Part shown: piece after piece, positions 11,823-24,740 of the stretch | Position numbering within the stretch: the stretch's first letter is position 1 | How the letters are laid out: each line of letters begins with the position of its first letter | NCBI GenBank assembly: GCA_964016885.1 | Contig: OZ024758.1 | Span: 26,474,001 to 26,538,000 of the forward strand | DNA: 64,000 bases | Direction: 5' to 3' | Origin: Eledone cirrhosa | Lineage: Eukaryota | Position numbers and translations under genes: made by a program | Notes under the pieces: generated by a model | Databases searched by the model: none | Told to the model about the DNA's origin: nothing | The model's input: the letters and a program-made list of their open reading frames with translations, nothing else

Positions 11823-11975
11823 GCAACAGTGATGTTTAGGCAAAGCGAATTGTAAGTTCATTAAGCTACTTGAGAGAAATACTCTGAAGATGGTTTTAGA
11901 GAATTATAAACTTATGTATATTTACTTTATTATCAATATTGAGGTGTTCCGCCTTGTGGATTACCAATAGTGATA

Positions 11976-11978
<3 letters not shown>

Positions 11979-12053
<75 letters not shown>

Positions 12054-12071
12054 CGTATATGATATATAAGC

Positions 12072-12136
<65 letters not shown>

Positions 12137-12154
12137 CGTATATGATATATAAGC

Positions 12155-12219
<65 letters not shown>

Positions 12220-12237
12220 CGTATATGATATATAAGC

Positions 12238-12278
<41 letters not shown>

Positions 12279-12312
12279 CGTATATGATATATAAGCCTGT
12301 GTATATATATAT

Positions 12313-12343
<31 letters not shown>

Positions 12344-12381
12344 CATACGTATATGATATATAAGCCTGTGTATATATATAT

Positions 12382-12412
<31 letters not shown>

Positions 12413-12504
12413 CATACGTATATGATATATAAGCCTGTGTATATATATATGTATGTGTGTATATATATATATATATACATACGTATATGATATATAAGCC
12501 TGTG

Positions 12505-12535
<31 letters not shown>

Positions 12536-12593
12536 ATGTATGTGTGTATATATATATATATATACATACGTATATGATATATAAGCCTGTGTG

Positions 12594-12659
<66 letters not shown>

Positions 12660-12779
12660 CATACGTATATGATATATAAGCCTGTGTATATATATATATA
12701 TATGTGTGTGTATATATATATATATATATACATACATACGTATATGATATATAAGCCTGTGTATATATATATATATGTA

Positions 12780-12827
<48 letters not shown>

Positions 12828-12853
12828 CGTATATGATATACATTTATATAAGC

Positions 12854-12901
<48 letters not shown>

Positions 12902-12916
12902 GCATATGATATATAC

Positions 12917-12962
<46 letters not shown>
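11979..12962. repeat. Compound minisatellite: CATACGTATATGATATATAAGCCTGTG + variable (TA)n, ~11 units
   Basis: Constant 27-nt core separated by TA/TG runs of variable length. Confidence 0.92.
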
Positions 12963-13221
12963 TGTTATGCTTTGGGAGGGTCATGTTGCCAATAAAGAAT
13001 CTTGCTAAACAAATTCAGAAACGAAATATATATATATACACACACATACATACGTATGATATATACATTTATATAAGTGTGTGTGTGTGTGTGTATGCAC
13101 GCATATACGCACAAATAATTGTCAATGAGCGATATAGCGCATACATGTAATTTATATATATATATATATATATATAAACACACAATTCGTATATAACATG
13201 GGGGGGGGGGGAGTACTTTTA

Positions 13222-13252
<31 letters not shown>

Positions 13253-13946
13253 TGTGTGAGAGAGCGCGCGAACAGATTCTTAAATGTTCTTTTCAGTTGT
13301 AATAAGCGCACGTAGTTTTATACGCCGAATACATGTGTATAGCTAAATAATTGTTTATACTTTTGGCACGAGGCCAGCAATTATCCCAGAGCATTACTGG
13401 TATTTTATATTTTATCGACCCCCCCCCACTCCACCCCCGCGCCCGGTAAGGATGAAAGGCAAAGTTAACCTCGGCGGGATTTGAACTCAGAACGTAAAGG
13501 GCCATACCTCTGTGCTGTAAAGCATGGTGTCTGACGCTCTACCGAGCTAATAATATCAATGAGAAATACGGCAAACGTCGTGTCTGTCAAGATTTGTGGT
13601 TGTAAGCTAGCTGTAAGGGTTTAAATTCAGATATGAGGTTTGTTGTGTGTACCCAAGATACGTGATGTTCGTGAAATAAATTAACATGGGCAGACGCAAG
13701 CATGTTTATACTATAAAATGCATTTATATATATATATATATATAAACATATATATTATTATACACACTATATGCAACTATGGAAAAGGTGTCACGTATAT
13801 AAATCTATAAAAATTGTATGCAATATATAATATTTATATAAGCAGGAACACAGAAACATAATACTTATATAGGGCATTTTTGTGAGTAAAATTGTTGTAG
13901 GTTGGAGGAAAGGGTTTTCATTAAATGTTCACATTCTAAGTGCGCT

Positions 13947-14012
<66 letters not shown>

Positions 14013-14985
14013 GAGAGAGAGAGAGTGAGATTTCTGGACGCGGCGTCCAGAAATAGCCGTCAAAAAAGCTTGAGCTCTGCCGTCGGGGTCATACTTTTTC
14101 CTATTACCCACTCTACTACCCTAAGTATTGAGTACTCTGGTGCGTTATGGTCCATTTGGTTCCTTACCACAATTCCTTCGTTATATATATATATATGAGT
14201 CGAGCAACCAAATCACCCCCTACTGTCTTAAATAAGGAAATGACAGTAAATAATTGTTTCTACTTAAGGCACAAGGCCAGCAATTTATTCAGTGCATTAC
14301 TGGTACTTTGCCTTTCATCCTTACGGGGTCGATAAAATAAAGTTAACCACGGAGGGATTTGAACTCAGAATGACATTAGATAATGTAGTCGTAGACATGT
14401 CCCTAAAAGTGTTGATGGTCATGGTTGGAATGCCTTTAACCATAGTTAAGTTTAATTAGTGTTGACCTAGGAGAGATAAACAACAGTGTGATAGAGATAG
14501 AAGATATGTGTAATTATTTATGGGTTTTGCTCCCTGAAACCGGAAAAATCATTTGCGTGTGGCGTGGATAATTTCATGTTTTAAGTATAGAATATATATA
14601 TATGTATATATGTATATATGTATATATGTATATATTGCCAAAGACGAAATATTCACTTCCACCAACGGAGAATCGAAACCGAGTCGTAGATTTTAAATAC
14701 CTACACCACTGCATTGCATCTATACCTAAGAGAGCACATACATATTTGTGTTTATGAAACAAAACAAGTAAGCCAGATATTGTAGACACACGCTGGCATT
14801 CTAAATTATAACTCTAAAGTTCTCTGAAATAGTTCCCCCCCATAACATATAAGATACAGCAGGGATAGAGGTTTTTAATGATATAAGGACGAGCAATTTT
14901 GTCACGTATACCTTGTATTATATAAAAATACTATCGTTATATATTTTTCTAGGCACCGCCACACACAGTGCTCTCTGTACAGAAG

Positions 14986-15028
<43 letters not shown>

Positions 15029-15149
15029 AACAAGTATGACTCCGACGGCAGAGCTCAAGCCGTATTGAGTACTTTGGTGCGTTATGGTCCATCTGGTTCT
15101 TTACCACATTTCCTTCGTTATATATATATATAACGGAATATATTAGGGA

Positions 15150-15349
15150 NNNNNNNNNNNNNNNNNNNNNNNNNNNNNNNNNNNNNNNNNNNNNNNNNNN
15201 NNNNNNNNNNNNNNNNNNNNNNNNNNNNNNNNNNNNNNNNNNNNNNNNNNNNNNNNNNNNNNNNNNNNNNNNNNNNNNNNNNNNNNNNNNNNNNNNNNNN
15301 NNNNNNNNNNNNNNNNNNNNNNNNNNNNNNNNNNNNNNNNNNNNNNNNN
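15150..15349. other. Assembly gap (200 N)
   Basis: Run of n. Confidence 1.
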
Positions 15350-15437
15350 GACTCTACCCCTACTTTTGCTCTTTACTCTCTCTACCCTTTGTTCTTGGGA
15401 GTTTGGTTGGTAGAGTCCATAACACCAATCAAACCCC

Positions 15438-15499
15438 TTTTATAGCTCTGATGAATCTTACGGTTACACGTAAGGAAGAAACATTGTTAGCCAATAAAA
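15438..15499 (+). ncRNA. Type I hammerhead motif
   Basis: ttttatagct-CTGATGA-atcttacg gttaca cgtaaggaa-GAAA-cattg-TT-agccaataaaa. Confidence 0.55.
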
Positions 15500-15637
15500 C
15501 TCTTTTGATGTTGTAGACGCTCTTGTGTTCTTTTTCATATATACGGCTCTGCTCCAAAGCATAGAGCTAATTATTATGCTGCCAATACCTTAACGGGACA
15601 CGGGTATATAATACCTAACTCCTACTAACCTAAGTAC

Positions 15638-15770
15638 TTTATATATAAATATATATATAAATATATATATATACATATAAATATATATTTATATAAATAT
15701 ATATATAAATATATATATTTATATATATATATTATATATATATATTTATATATATTTATATATTTATATT

Positions 15771-15801
<31 letters not shown>

Positions 15802-15857
15802 TTATATTTATATATATATTTATATATATATATTTATATATTTATATTATATATATT

Positions 15858-15889
<32 letters not shown>

Positions 15890-15936
15890 TATATTTATAT
15901 ATATATTTATATATATATATTTATATTATATATATT

Positions 15937-15967
<31 letters not shown>

Positions 15968-16065
15968 ATATATTATTTATATTTATATATATATATTTAT
16001 TATATATATTTATATATATATATTTATATATATATTATTTATATATATATATTTATATATATATT

Positions 16066-16096
<31 letters not shown>

Positions 16097-16097
16097 T

Positions 16098-16133
<36 letters not shown>

Positions 16134-16221
16134 TATATATATATATTTATATATATATTTATATATATATTTATATATATATATTTATATATATATTTAT
16201 ATATATATTTATATATATATT

Positions 16222-16252
<31 letters not shown>

Positions 16253-16253
16253 T

Positions 16254-16287
<34 letters not shown>

Positions 16288-16299
16288 TATATATATATT

Positions 16300-16377
<78 letters not shown>

Positions 16378-16663
16378 TATATATATATATTTATATATAT
16401 ATATTTATATATATATATTTATATATATATATTTATATATATATATTTATATTTATATATATTTATATATATATATTTATATATTTATATATATATATTT
16501 ATATATATATATTTATATTTATATATATTTATATATATATATTTATATATATATATTTATATATATATATTTATATATATATATTTATATATATATATTT
16601 ATATATATATATTTATATTTATATATATATTTATATATATATATATTTATATTTATATATATA

Positions 16664-16709
<46 letters not shown>

Positions 16710-16751
16710 TATATATATATATTTATATATATATATTTATATATATATATT

Positions 16752-16782
<31 letters not shown>

Positions 16783-16891
16783 ATTTATATATATATATAT
16801 TTATATATATATATATTTATATATATATATATTTATATATATTTATATTTATATATATATATTTATATATATATATTTATATATTTATATT

Positions 16892-16926
<35 letters not shown>

Positions 16927-16967
16927 TTATATATATTTATATTTATATATATATATTTATATTTATT

Positions 16968-17043
<76 letters not shown>

Positions 17044-17067
17044 TTTATATATTTATATATATATATT

Positions 17068-17137
<70 letters not shown>

Positions 17138-17173
17138 TTTATATATTTATATATATATATTTATATATATATT

Positions 17174-17212
<39 letters not shown>

Positions 17213-17491
17213 ATATTTATATATTTATATATATATATATATTTATATATATACATTTATATATATATATACATTTATATTTATATTTATATATATATTT
17301 ATATATATTTATTTATATATATATTTATATATATATTTATATATATTTATTTATATTTATATATATATTTATATATATTTATTTATATATATATATTTAT
17401 ATATATTTATTTATATATATATATTTATATATATTTATTTATATATATTTATATTTATATATATATTTATATTTATATATATATTTATATA
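15638..17491. repeat. ~1.85-kb (TA)n/TTTA low-complexity tract
   Basis: Almost pure A/T. Confidence 0.98.
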
Positions 17492-18261
17492 GTTAGAGAA
17501 GCAAAAAATTGCTTATTGTGATCCAGTTTTTGGTTAAGAAAGCCAGTTTCATGGATGGTTTCAACGTACGGTTAGGAGTAACTCCACAAGTTTGTAAGAA
17601 TTCCGTTCAATCTTGGAGTATAAAGTATAAAAGAGAAAACATAGGTAAGCATTAAGAGAAGGATTTTATCCAGGTATTTACGACCGTTTCATTGGTAAGT
17701 GCAACCTTATATTGCTATACTGCAAATAGCAACCACTCGATTATAATTGTTGTTCACAGTCCAAATTTTCAAAATAGTAAGTTACTCTTGAAATAATTCT
17801 TAATATATAGAGAAAAACATTTATTTGGAATTGTATTTACTAGTATAGAGAGAGGAATCAGGAGGTGAGGGGACAGACGGAATAGTATAGAGAGAGCGGA
17901 AGGGGGAAGAGGTAGGAAGTAGAATGACAAACTGGGATGGAGGGAGGGGTAGAGGTGGAAGGATTACTTCGTCAGTTTTAATAATATTAACCTAAATTGA
18001 ATATATATATGACCAGGAATGCTTTTTGTGAAAATCAGTCATATGGAACTATTGTCATCTTTCCTGACAATACAAACTTTACAACATCACCTGCCTCTTT
18101 GAGCTCAAATACCAACCCTACTAGCATCTACAAACTGACCAATGAGAATCAAGACTATTCCTGCTGACAACATTAAATTATTCCTAACAAGCTCATATGT
18201 CCCAAGGCTCTGATACCATCAACACTATAAACACAGAGCTGGCATATCTAAGAACTGACTA

Positions 18262-18317
18262 ACTGCCTGATGAGGTCATAGCCATTCAATGGCTTACATC
18301 GAAATATATATAGCAGT
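18262..18317 (+). ncRNA. Minimal type I hammerhead motif
   Basis: actgc-CTGATGA-ggtcatagccat tca atggcttacatc-GAAA-tatata-TA-gcagt. Confidence 0.75.
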
Positions 18318-18391
18318 AAATAAAAGCTTATGTGTTCATGCAATTGACTTATGTTTCGTCACTATATATATATATATAATATATATATATA

Positions 18392-18796
18392 TATATAGAA
18401 ATTACATGAATCAAAGTTCTGTTCAAACCATTTATTAGCTTACAATTGTTTCGTCCAAACCGAGGTTTGGAGTCTTCGGAGCAATTTTTCAATGATTGTT
18501 TACATACATGACCTCCTTTCCAACACAAGAGACATACAGAAACATATGTATATATCGATGCACAGTGGGTTGACATCCATTATAATAATACAGCATGGCG
18601 TATTTTAATGGATGTCAACCCACTGTGCATCGATATATACATGTGTTTCTGTATGTCTCTTGTGTTGGAAAGGAGGTCATGTATGTAAACAATCATTGAA
18701 AAATTGCTCCGAAGACTCCAAACCTCGGTTTGGAAGAAACAATTGTAAGCAAATAAATGGTTTGAACAGAACTTTGATTCATGTAATTTCTATATA
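18392..18796. repeat. Fold-back inverted repeat (~190-bp arms, 23-nt spacer)
   Basis: Arms 18392-18582 and 18606-18796, with about 3 mismatches. Confidence 0.93.
18704..18752 (+). ncRNA. Hammerhead-like motif with variant core CCGAAGA (inverted partner at 18436-18484)
   Basis: ttgct-CCGAAGA-ctccaaacc tc ggtttggaa-GAAA-caattg-TA-agcaa, with palindromic stem III ACAATTGT. Confidence 0.55.
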
Positions 18797-18951
18797 ACTG
18801 CTCTGTAGAGCAACTGATGTTATTACATTGAGCTATTTATCTTACTGGTAATAAGGTAGTAATAAATTACTGTCTTTCACTGTTTAGGGTTTAAAATATA
18901 TATAACTATAAAAGGTTTTAGTATATACATAACCATAAATAGTATCCTTAA

Positions 18952-19026
<75 letters not shown>

Positions 19027-19181
19027 TGAGAGAGAGAGAGGTAAAAGCTCATGACTTTTTACCTTCCTCTATACCCACTCTGCTTCTTCTTGTGCATAGA
19101 GTACTCCCTTGATTTGTGATCTCTCCAGTCTCAGCACTGCAGTCTCTCTCTCTCTCTTTTTCTCTCTCTCTCTCTATACAT

Positions 19182-19510
19182 GGAGGCACATGGCTTAGTG
19201 GTTAGAGCATTGGCCTTGCAATCGAAAGGTTGTGAGTTCAATTCTCAGACCGGGTGATGTGTTGTGTCCTTGAGCAAGACACTTTATTTCACATTGCTCC
19301 AGTTTACTCAGCTGTAGAAATGAGATGATTGGACTGGGGTCCATATCATTCCACTGCAAAGTGGTCGTGGAGGTGCCACGGCAAAAAAGCACCCAGCACT
19401 CACTGTAAATGAGGTTGGTGTTAGGAAGGGCATCCAGCTGTAGAAATCAAGCCAGAATCAGTTCCCGTCCCACCCTTGCCAGCAGGGAAAAGCGGACGTA
19501 AAATGAAATG
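19182..19510 (+). mobile_element. SINE family A copy
   Basis: Full copy. The central CCTTGAGCAAGACACTT..CAGTTTACTCAGCTGTAGAAATGAG resembles the MIR/CORE domain. Confidence 0.9.
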
Positions 19511-20444
19511 AAAATGAAAAAAATATATATATATCTTGAACCCTCTTCCACTTCCTCTAAGCATGAATCTCATATAACTTTGTATTTTGCATCCTTGTTT
19601 GTTTTGGTTCATTTATCAACTATATAAGAGATGAGCTGGCAACATGAATGGACCTGTTATTTTTCTCCAATTCCACCCCACCCGTCCCTTCAATCAAGCT
19701 TATTACTCATTCTTTCTTCTGATGGACTAGCGTCCAAAACGTTAAGACCCTCTTCCTGCTATTTCAAGCGTTAACCTAATACATTCCTTCCATATACTGT
19801 ACCGATTGTATTGTTATTTCTGTTTACCTTTTATATATATATATACATATATTAAATAGGGTAAGAAGAGATGTTGTGTTTCTCTACTTAACCCTAACTT
19901 CTTACAATTCAAAGCCATATATCATGCTGTTTTGATGATATTGTTTTCTTTGTGGTTAACACTCATGTTGTAAATTACTAGAGCAGTCAGTAATTGAATA
20001 GAGTTAAACTATTACTAATTTCTCTCAGTACAATACAATGGATCTCTTGTTTGTTATCTATTTTGCCAGTCTTACTATATTTGCTATTTGTGGCTATTAT
20101 ATTCCAAACAACTTTGTTTTTTTGACATTAGTAGTATTCTTAGGACCAAATATTTGACATAAATGTTTTTTTTTAACATTCCAGAATATATTAGAAAATA
20201 AAGCAGCAAGCATCATAACTGAGGTTAACAATTCAATTTCATGAGACCAGCTACACGTGTACACCTTCCCCTGTATATTCAGCTAGAGATTTTTTAAACA
20301 GTTTCACCAACTCAACTATTGTGTTCTTAGCCACCTGTTATTATCTCTGATTTCATCTTTAAATATACAAGGTGTGTGTGTATATGTATACCTGCTCTAA
20401 GAAGATAAATTTAATATATGTAATAGTAGTCATGTGGGAGACAC

Positions 20445-21335
20445 GACAAAAAGCATCCAGCCCACACTGTAAAGTAGTTGTGTAGGTGACATGGCTAAAA
20501 GCACCCAGCCCACACTGTAAAGTAGTTGTGTAGGTGACATGGCTAAAAGCACCCAGCCCACACTGTAAAGTAGTTGTGTAGGTGACATGGCTAAAAGCAC
20601 CCAGTCCACACTGTAAAGTAGTTGTGTAGGTGACATGGCTAAAAGCACCCAGCCCACACTGTAAAGTAGTTGTGTAGGTGACATGGCTAAAAGCACCCAG
20701 CCCACACTGTAAAGTAGTTGTGTAGGTGACATGGCTAAAAGCACCCAGCCCACACTGTAAAGTAGTTGTGTAGGTGACATGGCTAAAAGCACCCAGCCCA
20801 CACTGTAAAGTAGTTGTGTAGGTGACATGGCTAAAAGCACCCAGCCCACACTGTAAAGTAGTTGTGTAGGTGACATGGCTAAAAGCACCCAGCCCACACT
20901 GTAAAGTAGTTGTGTAGGTGACATGGCTAAAAGCACCCAGCCCACACTGTAAAGTAGTTGTGTAGGTGACATGGCTAAAAGCACCCAGCCCACACTGTAA
21001 AGTAGTTGTGTAGGTGACATGGCTAAAAGCACCCAGCCCACACTGTAAAGTAGTTGTGTAGGTGACATGGCTAAAAGCACCCAGCCCACACTGTAAAGTA
21101 GTTGTGTAGGTGACATGGCTAAAAGCACCCAGCCCACACTGTAAAGTAGTTGTGTAGGTGACATGGCTAAAAGCACCCAGCTCACACTGTAAAGTAGTTG
21201 TGTAGGTAACATGGCTAAAAGCACCCAGCCCACACTGTAAATTGGTTGTGTAGCAGTCACAGGAAAAAGCACCCAGCTCACACTGTAAAGTGGTCGTGTT
21301 GGTGTCACAACAAGAAAGCACCCAGCCTACACCGT
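20445..21335. repeat. 48-bp minisatellite (~18 units) derived from a SINE A-like internal module
   Basis: Unit AAAAGCACCCAGCCCACACTGTAAAGTAGTTGTGTAGGTGACATGGCT, running into the SINE 3' half at 21340-21445. Confidence 0.93.
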
Positions 21336-22212
21336 AAACGTGGTAGGTGTTAGGAAGAGCATCCAGCTGTAGAAACCAAGCCCAAAACAACCCATCTAAC
21401 TCATGCTAGAGTGAAAAGTGGACATTAAACAACGATGATGATGATGAGTCAATTCCAATCAATGGTAAAACTAGGCCATGGTTTTCATTTGCAAAGTTCA
21501 CCACAAAAAAGAAAAGACAACAAAAAGCATTGTTCCCATAATTATGTTTTCTTACAATGGCATTAGACCAAAACATTGTCGAGGGAAGAGTAGAGTTCAT
21601 TTGATTAACTGCAGGCTAACTACAAATACTAATTTTCTTCATTCAAAAGGAATAAATATGATATATAAGTTGGCCTAGATAGATTTTGAACTCAGAATAT
21701 AGCTCCCTCGCTCTGATCAATTGACAAGATCCCAGACCTCATTCACTTGCCGAGTGGGGTGGCCCTTGTCAAGACAGACCAAGGAAACAATGTTTCCATT
21801 GGTCTTTCCTTTGCTGATACCATCTACCAGTCACAACATATCACCCGGTCCAAGAATTAAACTCACAACCTCACAATTGTGAATCCAACTCTCTAACCAC
21901 TCAGCCATGCATCTTCACACTATATGGAAACAAACCTAAATACCAAAATGTATATATTTAATTTATTGACTTTACTCATCATTATCATCATCTGGTGGAT
22001 TGGCAGTATTGGTAGTGTTGGCCATGCTTTACAGCATAGAGTTATGACCCTTTGCGATCTGAGTTCAAATTCTGCCAAGGTTAGCTTTGCCTTTCATCCT
22101 TACAAGGTCGATAAAATAAAGTACCAGTAATACACTGGGATCAATTTCATCGACTTTCCCCACCCACCAAAAAAAAATTGCTGGCCTTGTGCTTATAGCG
22201 GAAACCATTGTT

Positions 22213-23999
22213 ATCATCATCACCAGTGACTGCAATAGACTGCCATCATCATCACCAGTGACTGCAATAGACTGTCATCATCATCACCAGTGACTGCAAT
22301 AGACTGCCATCATCATCACCAGTGACTGCAATAGACTGCCATCATCATCACCAGTGACTGCAATAGACTGCCATCATCATCACCAGTGACTGCAATAGAC
22401 TGTCATCATCATCACCAGTGACTGCAATAGACTGCCATCATCATCACCAGTGACTGCAATAGACTGCCATCATCATCACCAGTGACTGCAATAGACTGTC
22501 ATCATCATCACCAGTGACTGCAATAGACTGTCATCATCATCACCAGTGACTGCAATAGACCGTCATCATCATCACCAGTGACTGCAATAGACCGCCATCA
22601 TCATCACCAGTGACTGCAATAGACCGTCATCATCATCACCAGTGACTGCAATAGACTGTCATCATCATCACCAGTGACTGCAATAGACCGTCATCATCAT
22701 CACCAGTGACTGCAATAGACTGTCATCATCATCACCAGTGACTGCAATAGACTGTCATCATCATCACCAGTGACTGCAATAGACTGTCATCATCATCACC
22801 AGTGACTGCAATAGACTGCCATCATCATCACCAGTAACTGCAATAGACTGTCATCATCATCACCAGTGACTGCAATAGACTGTCATCATCATCACCAGTG
22901 ACTGCAATAGACCGCCATCATCATCACCAGTGACTGCAATAGACCGTCATCATCATCACCAGTGACTGCAATAGACCGTCATCATCATCACCAGTGACTG
23001 CAATAGACCGTCATCATCATCACCAGTGACTGCAATAGACTGCCATCATCATCACCAGTGACTGCAATAGACCGTCATCATCATCACCAGTGACTGCAAT
23101 AGACTGCCATCATCATCACCAGTGACTGCAATAGACCGCCATCATCATCACCAGTGACTGCAATAGACCGTCATCATCATCACCAGTGACTGCAATAGAC
23201 CGTCATCATCATCACCAGTGACTGCAATAGACCGTCATCATCATCACCAGTGACTGCAATAGACCGTCATCATCATCACCAGTGACTGCAATAGACCGTC
23301 ATCATCATCACCAGTGACTGCAATAGACCGTCATCATCATCACCAGTGACTGCAATAGACTGCCATCATCATCACCAGTGACTGCAATAGACTGCCATCA
23401 TCATCACCAGTAACTGCAATAGACTGTCATCATCATCACCAGTGACTGCAATAGACTGTCATCATCATCACCAGTGACTGCAATAGACTGCCATCATCAT
23501 CACCAGTGACTGCAATAGACCGTCATCATCATCACCAGTGACTGCAATAGACCGTCATCATCATCACCAGTGACTGCAATAGACCGTCATCATCATCACC
23601 AGTGACTGCAATAGACCGTCATCATCATCACCAGTAACTGCAATAGACTGTCATCATCATCACCAGTGACTGCAATAGACTGTCATCATCATCACCAGTG
23701 ACTGCAATAGACCGCCATCATCATCACCAGTGACTGCAATAGACCGCCATCATCATCACCAGTGACTGCAATAGACTGTCATCATCATCACCAGTAACTG
23801 CAATAGACTGCCATCATCATCACCAGTGACTGCAATAGACCGCCATCATCATCACCAGTGACTGCAATAGACCGCCATCATCATCACCAGTGACTGCAAT
23901 AGACTGCCATCATCATCACCAGTGACTGCAATAGACTGTCATCATCATCACCAGTGACTGCAATAGACTGTCATCATCATCACCAGTGACTGCAATAGA
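22213..23999. repeat. 32-bp minisatellite (~56 units)
   Basis: Unit CCAGTGACTGCAATAGAC(T/C)G(T/C)CATCATCATCA. Confidence 0.97.
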
Positions 24000-24385
24000 G
24001 TGGAGAGAAATGAAGCAGCCATGCTTCATTGGATGTGCAATGTAAATGTGAGAGAAATGTAGAGCTTGGATGAACTGAGGGAGAAACTGGGTTTAAGAGG
24101 ATCTGAAGTGGTGTGCATGAAAGAAGACTGTGTTGGTAGAGACATGTGATGTGCATGGATGATGACTGATGGGTGAAGAAGTGCCAGGAAATCCCAGTGG
24201 AAGGAAGCCACAGTAGAGGAAGACCAAGGAAGACCTGGGCAGAGGTGATAAGAGCTGATCTCAAATCACTGAAACTCACAGAAATGATGATGAAGGAATG
24301 CAATGAATGGAGAGATCTGTGGTGAAAAGGACCCATCCAACCCATGCAAGTGGGAAATAAATGGACATAAAAACATAGATGATGA
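23995..24385 (+). mobile_element. Degenerate RTE LINE 3' fragment
   Basis: Similar to 58716-59100 (NEAAMLHWMC.., RGRPRKTW), with a GAT tail. Confidence 0.75.
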
Positions 24386-24628
24386 TCATCATCATTTAAA
24401 CCCTGGCAAGGGTTAGATGGCCTGTCATGTTCTTAGGTTTGACAGGTCAAGTATCTTGTTCATATGTTCAGTTTTTGGCTTAGTTTTCTCTTACTGGATG
24501 CCCTTCCAAACACTAACCACTTTCCAGCATATACTGAATGCAATATTTAAATGTTATATATATATATATATATATATAGCATTTAAATATATATATATAT
24601 AGTGAAGGCACATGGCTTAGTGGTTAGA

Positions 24629-24678
<50 letters not shown>

Positions 24679-24740
24679 GTATATAGTGAAGGCACATGGC
24701 TTAGTGGTTAGAGCATATATTTATATACATACATACATAT

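Noticed and set aside
11979-12962. CRISPR-like constant repeat with variable spacers
   Set aside because: The spacers are only (TA)/(TG) runs, the context is eukaryotic, and there are no cas genes. It is a compound minisatellite.
17675-17982. Split hammerhead on the minus strand (CTGACGA at about 17969-17975, GAAACGGTC at about 17683-17691)
   Set aside because: The halves are about 280 nt apart and no convincing stem I pairing was found. At most a decayed PLE remnant.
19182-19255. tRNA gene-like sequence
   Set aside because: It is a SINE head with A/B boxes that continues into core and LINE tail, with no full cloverleaf.
19715-19747. Hammerhead-like tctt-CTGAT-ggac tagc gtcc-AAAA-cg-TT-aaga (second copy near 56086)
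   Set aside because: The core is damaged (GA missing, GAAA to AAAA). Counted only as a decayed relic, not as a feature.
20359-21390. 343-aa and 292-aa repetitive ORFs
   Set aside because: They are translations of a stop-free 48-bp minisatellite with no coding evidence.
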